DNA of 34,111 nucleotides from positions 1 to 34,111 of the forward strand of contig SNRW01000054.1 of NCBI GenBank assembly GCA_008636045.1, in the 5' to 3' direction. The stretch is from Streblomastix strix (lineage: Eukaryota). The position numbers and the translations under genes are program-made. Below, piece by piece: positions 12,338 through 23,640 of the stretch; position 1 is the stretch's first letter; each line of letters starts with the position of its first letter. The notes under the pieces are model-generated. The model did not search any database and was not told the origin of the DNA. It was given only the letters and a program-made list of their open reading frames with translations.

Positions 12338-15300
12338 ATGGCAAGAAAATATTTTCTAATTTCAGAAGTTCGTGATATGCTCAATGAACTTGTTGTTCAA
12401 TATGATCCAAAATCATTCAAACCAGTACTTGAATAACTGTTACTACAAACAATCATAGTATAAGGATACAATGGACCAAAGAGTAGTATAACTAAGATAA
12501 GTGAGTTTGTTCAAAATGCAGTTGCAGCTAAAAATGAAGAGTTTGCTTTAGCAAAACCCGACAGAATCGAGAATAATGAATAAAAATAACGATGAAAATA
12601 ATGAATAAGATGATGAATAAGAGCTAATATAATTATAATAATAAAGAATAAAAGCTGCATAAGAATTGAAACTAGCTGCTGAGAAATTGAATGGAATTAA
12701 TAAGTAAATTGAATTTAGATAGTAAGTGATGAGGTTATAGGAGCAATCAACACGTTTTAATAATGCTAATGATTAACTGAATGATATTAAAGACGAAGTG
12801 ATGCGTAAGAAGGCTTTCGATCTAGTCAAGAAGTCAATTAAAAATCGTTAGTAAATCAATGAAGCCAAGAGATAACTATAAGAGTTAAAGGATAAATAAG
12901 TGTAGTAAATTAATGAAATAAAATAATAGAAAATCAATGAATTGAGTATAATAAGTAAAGACTATGTAACCAATACAAGAGCTATGTTAGCTCGCAATCT
13001 AGACTTGATACAACCAACTTAAGCAGCTCGGAAAATATAACGATAATATTAACGATATAAAGAAAGAAAAATAATAACTCACTTTGTTAAAGACCTCAGT
13101 AATAAATTCAAGCAAGTTAAACGAGTTAGTGATGAAAGATTACCAGACTTTAATAAAAATATACTAACTGAAGAAGAGTATACAATAAGATAAGCAAAAC
13201 TAACTGAATCATTACTCGGGTTTTATAAAAATAAGTAACTATAAGAGCCTGATCTCAAATTCACTAATGAATATAACGCCAATATTGCCGAATAGCTCAA
13301 AACATTTATTTTTTTTTTAACTTTATGATTTGAAGAAATTTAGTGAAACTCTAATTGAAACAAGAAAGAGATTTAGAGAATAGAATGAAGTTGATCTTGC
13401 TAGGTTATCTGAAGGAACAACTTAGAGGAATAACATATAAAATAGAGAACATTTTCATACATATTACTTTAAAAAATTTACTCACATTAAATAATTCGAT
13501 GATAAACTAGCATAAGTACATGAATTACATAAGCATAGAATATATAAATAGCTGTGGACTTTGGAAATATCTGGTAAACTATGGAATCAACTCATACTAA
13601 GAAAGGAATCAGAAACGACTATAGCTATCATTACTATAAGCCATCATTAAAAAATTCACATAAAAATTATCCAATAATTATTCGAGATAATGCTTCACTT
13701 AAACTATTCAAAGATAGAGTTCACTATATGATTTACGAAGATTAGTCTCCTCTTCACTAAGAATCAAACACTAGAAAAGTAGCAATTTATTCATTTGTTA
13801 TTATTATTTATGAATAACCACTTGGGACAAAATTAAGACCTGAAGTATAATGGTTTAATGAACATGATTACACTAGATCGGTAGATTGTGAATATAATAT
13901 TTGTTGGTTCATCGCTGCTTCGTTTAAATTACATCCTGAAATAAATTAAACAAAAATTCTTGTCGCTAATGGTATTGAATTGTTCCTACAGTTTAATGAC
14001 TAAGTTCACAAGGAAGGTAGAAGATTGAATAAAGAATAAAAATAATTGTTAAAAGAGTATAAAGGATTCAATTAAGACACAGATCTAGAGAAATTCCAAT
14101 AATGTTTTAATCTAAATGTAAAGACTTATGAATATGATCACTCTGAAAAAAATTCAATAAAACTAACGAATATATTATTAACTAAGATTGATAAACTATC
14201 CACATTCTATTAGCTCCATTATCTATATAAGGTGATAAGAACCCATAAGTTCACGCAATGTTCATCAAAGACATTGATCAAGTAGTAAGTGGATACTTAT
14301 GTAAGAAGTGCAACTAAAAATTATTCAATCATTCTAGTGCGCACTTTGGTAGAGACTTGAAGACTCACCTAGAATCATGCAAAGGTCCTGACTAATAGAA
14401 GCATCCTAAACTTGATAAATTAGCACAACCACTTATGCCATATCTCAAATCTGATAAAACTATTCAAAAACTATTCGCAACGGGTAAGACTAAGCTATTC
14501 CCCAAGAATTAAGAAAAAGGAGTAAACGATATATTATAACCCACAAAAAATTTCATGTGTATTGATGCTGAAACAGTTGAAGATCAGGACTAGGATGATT
14601 AATAAATTTACGCGTAATTACTACCATTATCTATAGTTATTGGTACGTAAATTAACAATAAAATATAATCAAAATATATTGATAATAGATCATAAGATTT
14701 CATGAAAAAATTCATAGAATAGATGTGGGAGCTAGCGAATGGGGTTAATAAAGCAAATATAATAAGTGAACCAATAGTGAAATTCGATAATGAGAAGGAG
14801 TAATAAAAACATTAATAAAGAATATATTAAGTAGCTATCTTTGGATTCAATTCTAAGAAGTTTAATTTTAACATCATATTTTCATATCTAGCTTAGCATC
14901 CTAAATTTACGTTTAAAAATAAATCTTATCTCAAATCAGCTAATTAGTAAAAATAAGTTATAACTATGCATATAGATTATCCGCTTGACCTAGTTTTCAA
15001 GGATATTCTTACATTTATCCTTCCAACAACACTCCATAATTTTGTTCACAAATATAGTCTGGGAACTAAGCTAACTAAGAGTAAGTTTCACCATTGATCT
15101 TTCAATGTACTTAATTACATTTAGGTTTTATCATTATCTGAACCATTTAAACGTAAGGATTTTAATAATTAAATTGTTTGGAAGAATATTAGTGATAAAG
15201 ATTATTAGGAATACATTGATGATTTCAGTAGTTTGAACAAAACCGGGAACAGAAAATTTAAAGATAGATGGGCATATCTTGAGTTCTATAATATTAGTGA

Positions 15301-17423
15301 TGAGAAATGAATGTTTGTTCCAATCCATAATTTAATAGATTTATGTTGGGAACAAGGTATTGATATGTTATCTTAGATATCCTTATCTCAAATTGCTAAC
15401 TCAATAAAGTATAATTACGCTCGGGAAGATTTTGATATTAATGGTGATTACAATATAGAAACAGGTAATAAGGAATATAAATTTTATTCAGAAAAATGGA
15501 ATAAGATAGTTGAAGGATGTTTGCAGTAAGATATAAAAGCAGGAAAAGATACAACAAATAACGTTACCGCTAATGATATCGATTATTTCAATCAGATGAT
15601 CTCAAATAAATGCAGCTACTGTAACGCTAAGTTCACTAAAGTAAACAAACCAACTCTTGAACGAATAAACAACAACATTGCTCTCACAAAAGATAACTGT
15701 AAACTAGCCTGCTAACTATGTAACTCTACACGATCAAACAAGGATGCTAATGTTGCAAAATTAATGATACAGAAGTATAAGTACGCTAGTGTTAAGAATC
15801 TACCTATGACAATTGATGATGAAGAAGTTTATTGGTTTTACGTAAATCTATCCATGATGGTTTATCATAAGTGTTTCATCAATATAACATCAAAAGATTA
15901 ACTCACATAAATAAATTAAAATATAATCCTGAAGAAAATAACGTAACCGCTTATGATTTAGATTATATTTTCACACACATTTTAGATCTTGATTTTAACT
16001 AATTATATCCAAGTGTTTTCTGTGGAATTTATAATATAAATAACCCGTATACTCGTGGTAAGATGTACATGGCTGGGAGAGTAACTAAACACATTTAAAT
16101 ACGTGAAGCAAATGACCAAGATTATAGAGATAGCAAGCGAAAAGAGATGATGAATATAATCAATTCGAAAGATAGATTCTCAGAGAAAAAGGGGTAGTTA
16201 CTTATAGCTTCAGTTAAAGGGCATATCGATAAGAACCATATTGACGAACACATTAACTTCTCACCTATCTGGAGAAAGAGAACTTATAAAACTGATGAGA
16301 AAACAGTAGGTAAATTTACTTATGAAAAGATGTAAAAATAAGGAATATCTGTTAATAAATAAGTAACAAAATTAACATCCCTTCTATCAACACATGACGA
16401 ATTTATGTCGTTTTCAAGCTACTACCTATGGCTATTGATAGACTATTTCCTTTTCATTATCGATGATGTAGAAGAAATAGTACTATTCAACAAACATACC
16501 GCGTTCAAATCATTCGTAGAAGTAATGGCTGAGAAACGATAATAAGCAATGAGAGAGGGGAATTAAGCTAAATAATTTTATTTCAAAAATATAGTGAATA
16601 GTTCATATGGTGCTGATGGATAAAATAATGAAAAATTTGATAAAATTGGCATCTACAATAAATAATAAGCATATTTAAAATAATTGAATAAAGGATTCAC
16701 TAACACTTGAAAGATTTATGATGACCTTTATCTTGTGTCAATTAATCCAGATTCATTCTCTGCACATAAATGTTTATAAGAAAGTATCCTCACTTAAAAC
16801 AATTCAAAATTCTGGTATTTATGATTCATTTACTTCTTCCTGTTCAATTGTATTGATATGGATAGAGTTCACTTCTGCAGTATGGATACTGACTCGATGT
16901 ATCTAGCCATTAGTGGTTCAACTATTGAAGGATATAAATAATAATTCAAACACATAATTAAGGATCAAGAATTCTTGGATGATCATTATAAAGAGTGGCT
17001 TCCATGGGAAGGCTGTACAATTGCTGAAGAAAAGAATCTACTCGGTTGTGCTATCGAATCATAGAGAGAAAGCATCATTTGTCTAGCACCCAAATGATAC
17101 TCAGCTATTCGTAATAAAAAAGATGATGAAGATGAGGATGCTGATGATGATGTAATAAGAATGAAAGGCGTTAATGAAAAAAATAGTGATTTAACAAGAA
17201 ATGATTACATTAATTGTATTGAAAATAATTCAAATGTATAAGTTCCAGTGACTTAAATTTAAATGAAAAATGGAGTTATGTCGATGATAAAATCACTAAG
17301 TCTGCACTAACTGGAGTAGTTGATAAAATGATAGTGACTGATAGCGATATTTCCAAAGGTTAATCATACTCATGTGCACCTCAGATTATGAATGTTGATG
17401 TTTCTAACTACTTTTACATATGA
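12338..17423 (+). pseudogene. polB: Protein-primed family B DNA polymerase polyprotein (N-terminal extension, vOTU-like, Zn finger, Exo, HNH insert, Pol), frameshifted
   Basis: ExoI CIDAET (~14560), ExoII FGFNSKKFN, ExoIII YLEFYNISD, motif A DFNQLYPS (15991), motif B KNIVNSSYG (~16585), motif C MDTDS (16882), LAPK*Y and RMKGV. Several frameshifts and internal TGAs. Confidence 0.93.
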
Positions 17424-17434
17424 TCAATTATTTT

Positions 17435-18557
17435 TCAAATTTTTATATCAAATTCTTATAAAAAAACACTGGATAATGAATCTTTATTCTCACTAACTTT
17501 CTTGCAATAGTATATTGGTGCTTCAACTATAGATAGTTTTTAGTGTAATGATATGAGTTATCGTAAGAGTCTACATACTACATTACCATTCCTATATTCT
17601 ATGAATTCCGCAAGCTCATTGAAATATCTTCTTCGCATCATATAAAAGAAAGCAGTCTTTGATAAATCAAGATGAATCATCAATATATTACTTTGTTTAG
17701 AAATAAGTGACCTTTCTGCATTTTAATTTTTTTATATCATTTAACTCTTATTCTTTCATTCTAATGAATGCTCCTTCAATATCAGAATTATACTATATTT
17801 CTTCGGGAGAGAATTTATTATCATATGCAAAGTGTGGTGTCTTATTATAGATATAGACTAACCGTTATAATTTTTCAGGAACAGCAAAATCATTACTGCA
17901 TGAACCAAATCCATTACGAATAGTCTTAACAACCGAATCAACTATTCTATTATGCTATGTGAACGGTGATCCTGTGAAAAAGCACTAAATTCCTAACTCT
18001 TCTAAGAATTATTGTACATCCTTACCTTTGAATGATCTTTCACCATCTCCTCTTATATTAGTTACATACTATTAATTTATTAGTTTCTTCAATGCATTGA
18101 TTACTTGAGATGCTGATTTAATAATAATTGAAAACACTCCCAAATATTTTGTATTAATATTAATTGCAAATAAATAATTCACTTTTCTATTTTTGTTATT
18201 TCGTTCAGACACAAGATAAATCTCCCAAGAACCAAACTAGTTACTAAAATATGGTCGATGAAATTACTTTAATGGTTCTATTTTATAGTTTTGGACTCTT
18301 TGTTGAATTTCTTATGGTTCTACATTATTGATTCTAGCATATGCTTTCACCTTAGTTTTCCAAGGAAATTTATCAAATTTAGCAATCTCATTTTCAGTTT
18401 CATTTTATTATTCTGCTTACTCTTACTATCCAACTTTTATCAATTTAGAACGACCACTTTTCCCACGTTTTGGTACATTATATTACATAGCTTCTTGTAC
18501 GTAAATTTTATACCAATTTGCAATTGATTTTTCTACCAATAATCATCTTTTCTACAT
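17435..18557 (-). pseudogene. int: Retroviral-type (rve/c-integrase) integrase
   Basis: GSWEIYL (WEIDL with D>Y), YLFAININTKY, NIRGDGERSF, QHNRIVDSVVKTIRN and YNKTPH..FSPEE. Frameshifted C-terminus; start uncertain. Convergent with pPolB, stop codons 11 bp apart. Confidence 0.88.
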
Positions 18558-18758
18558 TATTCAATATTACTTATTATTCTTGATTGGTTTTAAATATTTT
18601 GAGTTGTGTTGTGAAGTTCGACAGATTCAATAATTCCATCCCTCTAGCTAGATATGTGATTTATTGCTATATATTTAGTGCATCATTACCAGACTAATTT
18701 GTATTTACAAAATAATACTGCTTAATTATATAGAATAAAATTAATTGCACAGTCAACA

Positions 18759-19054
18759 CTTTTGGCATTTGTTCCCCATTAATTTATCTTAATCAGTATG
18801 TACAAATAATGGTAAAAATTTGTTAGAATCATTGATATTAAGCATAAATTTTCCACAACTTTCCATTTTCAAATAATCGTTAAGATTCCTTTGTATTCTG
18901 AACTGAGTGTATAAATTATGATAAAAATATGCTAGAATCGTTGATAAATAGGGTTAAATCTCCAAAATGACCATTTTGGCTAGAATCGTGGAGGATTGAT
19001 CTGAAAACATCGGGAAAAAGTTAAAATACTGGAAAAACACCATCGTATAGTAGT
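18759..19054 (-). repeat. Right terminal inverted repeat (296 bp)
   Basis: Ends ...GGAAAAACACCATCGTATAGTAGT; reverse complement of 11049-11344. Confidence 0.97.
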
Positions 19055-19463
19055 TACAAATGATGCATATAAATAAAGATCTTAACCAATTTACTACCTA
19101 TTTGTTCCAAATTATACAAATATTATCTTTCTATTATTTTTTTATATTAAAAATTCTATAAGTAATGGAAATTGATTAATAACTTCATCTGTTTGTTTAT
19201 TTGAATTTTATGTTAATAACATTCATTTTCTGTTAAGTTTTAAGATCATTTTTATATTCAAAAATAATATTCAATCATTGAGCTATCCATATCTTTAAAG
19301 ATAAATCCCTAGCTAACTGTATTACACTTCGAAAATGATCCAGCATTGAATATAAATATTATACTTATTTTTTATTTAGTTCTATATCAAATTCTTAAAT
19401 TTCTTTAGTCTTTATTAAAAATCATTCAGTAGTTATATTTCTAGCTGCTTAAGTGTCTCTCAT
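19055..19463 (-). pseudogene. N-terminal piece of penton/minor-capsid-like gene
   Basis: ATG 19463 directly downstream of the capsid-like gene. Decayed frame reaches DLYLYASF at the insertion site of the 8-kb element. Confidence 0.5.
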
Positions 19464-19548
19464 ATTTATTTATCCATTTTAATTAAATAAAAAATAATTA
19501 TTAATATTGAATAATTAATTTGATAAATAAGGTAAAAAAATAGCTTAT

Positions 19549-21261
19549 TCATCCTTCAATCTTATTCATCACTTCATCAAATCTATTATTAACATCATAA
19601 ATATATAAACCTCCATTAGCTTGTCCGAACTACCAAAATGAGTCGTGAATTGTGTCCTTAATTGGTCGATGTGGCGTTTTACCTATTAAGTCAATATTAT
19701 AATAGCTATCTATATGACCTTAATATATTGGAGCTCCTCTTAATTCTACTGACCCATTTTAATTTTAAGTATCTAATCCATCAAATGTTAGTGCACCATT
19801 ACTATTACGTTCACGTTAAAGAGTGATCATGAATGAAGTCAGATCAGTTTGAGGATTCAATCTCCTTGAAGCAGTGTTTCTTGATGTTGTCAATGCATCT
19901 TAAAATTCATCAATTACTTCGAATAGCAGATCTAAATTATTTGCATTTAATTACATTTAGAAGAATTATTAATCTAGTGTTTTCGTTGGTATATCAGGGA
20001 AATTTCTACCACATGTTATCATTTACATATTATGATAGCAAGGATTTTCATAACAAGTTGTTGCTCTAGCATCTTTAAGAAATAGCAGTCATAAATCAGT
20101 GACATGTGATAATGGAATGTTTTATAAAATTCTTATTCCTGTTGTAGTAGCACTTGTTGGAAATGATCAAGCTTCAACTCTCTATGCTGGGACGACAAGA
20201 GGTCTATTAGCAAATAAGTCACGAACTCTTTATAAACTTTCATCTGCTGCTTTATAGCAACTCGTATCTACTATTACTTCCGTCTTAACAAAAATTTTTA
20301 TAGATAATGTCACGGAACTAATACTACACATCAATTTCTTCAATTCGCTAACTGTTATTTATTCAATGATTATTTTTGTAATTAGAGTTGCAATGCAACC
20401 CATTTGAGTGAATTATTTAGTATATTGATATCCCAAACTCCAATTTTTAAAGAGTAAATCAATATTCTTCGATTTATCCGGTCAACTAGCCTTAAGATCA
20501 GTTTTATTCATAATATAGTATTTATCCACAGAAATTTTTGGATTCACTTATGCAAACACAAACGCATTGGGATTAAATTTAAATTTGACTTTCAAATCTC
20601 CAAATAGTCCTTTATGATACTCAGTGAAATCACTAAATACTAAAATATCATCTAATGGAATTGATAATTTAAATCTTATAGGTATAATTTCTGGAACAGA
20701 AGCTTAATCATTAGTTTCATCTTCTCTCTCTCTCTTTGTTACATAAGTTCCACAAACTGTTGTATCAAATTTATGGATATTTTCATATAATGAATGAAAA
20801 TATTTTCTATTATTTTTCTCATTTCTTGGCTTTACTGTGTTATAAATAAACTATTTAGTAGTTGAATCATTCCATAATGTTTCATCAATAGTTCTGTCTC
20901 TTTGATAAATAGTATATTCTTTTATAATTTGAATGGCTGAATATAACACAATGAAAAATACAGTTCCATCTTTATAAGATTCTTCAAATCCTTCAAATTT
21001 ATTTTCAAACTGTATATTAGCTGTTGGAACTATTAAAAGGAATAAATTCTAAATTTATGTTACATCATGAACTGAGTCAGAAAAATTAATTATAATTTCT
21101 TTATCAAATAGTGCTGGCATCTATGATTCCTGTTTGATATAATTGATTGAATAATGGTGTTCTCCCACATTTTTAAATGCATCAACGGATTTATTTTCTA
21201 ATATAGCTTTGATAGTTCCAAGATATTGCAAATGCATTGACTTATTGAGAATGCGGTTCAT
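19549..21261 (-). pseudogene. Putative major capsid protein, copy 1 (570 codons, 3 internal TGA)
   Basis: Single frame MNRILNKSMHL...ESQMPALFDKEIIINFSDSVHDVTQIQN...FDGLDT...KIEG*. Beta-strand-rich, MCP-sized, next to penton-like and ATPase genes, collinear with 32098-33390. The fold is inferred. Confidence 0.65.
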
Positions 21262-21325
21262 GATTTATTTGGAGCAAAAAAAAACTAATCATATGCAGTA
21301 AATTTAACTTTGAAACTAATTATTT

Positions 21326-21687
21326 TCAAAAATCTTATTCTCCAACTTCTTGATTACTGTATGGAAAAGTTCCATTATATTGTATTCCGTTTTTAGTTTA
21401 ATTTCTTGGAATTGAAAGAAGAGTTTCAATAGTTCTATTTATATTTCTTGAGACATTTGTAATAAATCTTATGTAACTATTACTTTCAATTGACTATCGT
21501 ACTCTAAGTTCATCAATGAAATCCCATATATCTTTTCTAAAATAGCCAAGTTCATTATTCTATCTTAAGCATTATTTGCATTTATTACACATAAACCACT
21601 TGACGCAGATTATAAGCTTTTACATACTATAGGTGGTGCCAATGCATTAATAAATGGGAGTGACCATTAAGTAGGATTACTACTTAT
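21326..21687 (-). pseudogene. Small hypothetical element gene, frameshifted, start ATG>ATA
   Basis: (M)SSNPTQWSLPFINALAPPIVCKSLQSASSGLCVINANNAQ...ETLLSIPRNQTKNGIQYNGTFPYSNQEVGEQDF*. Confidence 0.45.
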
Positions 21688-22466
21688 TTTTTACTTAAAA
21701 ATATTTAAAATAATTTTTTGAATAATAGCTGAAGTTGCAAATTTTTCCATTTGCCTTTGCTATAAAAATAAGCAAAATTTATAATTTTATTTTTTGTCAT
21801 CATTCAAGTAATATTATTATTTAATTTTTATTAAAAATATTTTATAAAATTTTTTCAGATACATTGTTGGACAATTACTGCGTTTTTAGTGGCATGCGTT
21901 TGTGAAAACAGAAAATTTTTGTTTTTTCATTTTTTTATTCTACTCACCATTTCAAATTCATCAATTATTGTTATTTAATATAATAAACATTAATGTATTT
22001 ATTTTACAATTATTCATTTTAATTTATCTCAAAATTCGCACACGTATTTTATAAAAAGTTTTGAAATTGAAATTTTGCCAAAAAGCATTCTAATAATTAC
22101 AATTTTATTAATTTGATTTTCAATAAATAAATATAAATAAAGTATTTCATAAATAAATAGTTATTAAACATGAAATTGGCGGAAAAAAACGTAAAATTAA
22201 AAAAAATCTGTTTCACGAATGTGTACCGCTGAAAATGTACTTTTTGTCCTTCAATATTTATGAAAAATTTTTAAAAAATATTTAAAATAAAAATTCAATA
22301 AAAAGATTATCTTTCTGCTGTTGAAAAAACGTGAATATAATTTTTGCTAAGTTTTTTAAGAGGATACAAATCTAAATGTTTGCAACCCCAATTTTTGTTT
22401 ATAAATTTATTTAAAATTTTTTAAAATTAAAAAAAGTGGTAGGTTGTTTGTGAATGGAAACACCCA
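21655..22466. repeat. Long imperfect palindrome (two ~320-bp arms, centre ~22050)
   Basis: Collinear pairing: 21655 TGGGAGTGACCATT with ...AATGGAAACACCCA 22466, GTTGCAAA with TTTGCAAC, AGCAAAA with TTTTGCT, TTTGTGAAAACAGA with TCTGTTTCACGAA. Paired coordinate sums stay near 44120. Confidence 0.85.
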
Positions 22467-22478
22467 AATGGTTAAATT

Positions 22479-22497
22479 TATATATATATATATATAT
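22479..22497. repeat. (TA)n microsatellite at a truncation junction
   Basis: About 9 TA units between the palindrome end and the truncated amphipathic-protein gene. Confidence 0.9.
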
Positions 22498-22499
22498 GT

Positions 22500-22577
22500 T
22501 ACGTAGCCCAATTTGCTCCTTCACCAATTTTTTGTGCTATTTATTTGATTTCATGAATGATTTCAACATTTTCATTT
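22500..22577 (-). pseudogene. Truncated homologue of the amphipathic protein at 31704
   Basis: EIIHEIKQIAQKIGEGANWAT aligns with GIFNTLQKLIAKVGRGVNWIN and has the same position directly after a fibre gene. Confidence 0.55.
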
Positions 22578-22617
22578 ACGAAAAATAAACATCTTTAAAA
22601 GCTGATTCGTTTTAAGT

Positions 22618-23640
22618 TCATATAAATTAACTTCCACTAATATAATAATTAACAAGCATATCAGCTTTTAATTCTGAAGATATATGAATATACCAGCGAG
22701 CAGGATTATCTGTATCACCAACCGTGAGATATGCGGAAGGAATGTCTTAAATGGGATCAGTGTTGAAATCATATAAAATCATAACTGGAAACAATAACGT
22801 TCTTTTTGGATCCATTGATTCATTCAAACTAAATACTTACTGTTTAGTTTCTAAAACTCTTTCTCTTTCAAATATATATTGAACAAGACTAATTTTTTAA
22901 CAATATCATCAATCATATATATCATAAATGCATCTAAGTCATATAGAGTACAAGATAATGTAATAAATTAATTTCTTGACATTTTTGTTACTGTATATTA
23001 TGGAAATATTGATGGTGGAATAGGTATTGGTGGTAAAATATCATGTTACATAATAACACTATCTATATGAGATATTGGTTCTCCATTTGATGTTATATCA
23101 TTCTAATTTGATTCTTATTGCTGTGGATCAATTAAATAACTTCCATTAAAGTCACATAAATCCATAGGATAATAGCCAAATCCTTAATTCACAACAACAT
23201 TTTTGGTGTCATTTCCAATAATTTATATCATGTCAGCAAATGAAGAAAACAAAGTTTCTTTTGGGAAGAATATAAATAATCGAGGTTATAAATCAGAATC
23301 TATTGTTTTAAATACTTTGAATACATTATTTACATATTAACTACTAACTTCAGCTTGGAAATTAAATGTACATATTGGTCCCTCTTTATCAAAAGATGCT
23401 GCTTTATGGGGACTAAATGTATTATTATTCACTAATTTAGTATTGCTATTGAAATAAATAGATAAAAAAACAGATTGACTTGGATCATAAGGTTGAACTC
23501 CATCATCAATGACTTCTATTTATTTTTAAACTGTGTCTTATACTTATGGGTTAGATCTGGTTCCATCAATAATAGAATTTATATACCAATCTACTACAAT
23601 ATTAATTATTTCGTCATCATTTACATCACATGTTGCTCTC
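22618..23640 (-). pseudogene. C-terminal part of a fibre/receptor-binding-like protein
   Basis: DVNDDEIINIVVDW...YFNSNTKLV...EPISHIDSVIMQHD is homologous to modules in 28426-30023 and 30055-31653. 5' end is fused to the pPolB fragment. Confidence 0.7.

Larger units (their letters stand above)
11049..19054. mobile_element. Complete 8.0-kb capsid-less Polinton-like self-synthesizing transposon
   Basis: 296-bp TIRs, 6-bp TSD TATAAA (11043-11048) / TACAAA (19055-19060), and only pPolB, integrase and one orphan ORF inside. Confidence 0.93.

Noticed and set aside
12580..17300. Programmed frameshifting in pPolB
   Set aside because: Shifts are numerous, several lie in homopolymer runs (e.g. the T run at ~13310), and they accompany nonsense codons. 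Decay or sequencing error is more parsimonious.
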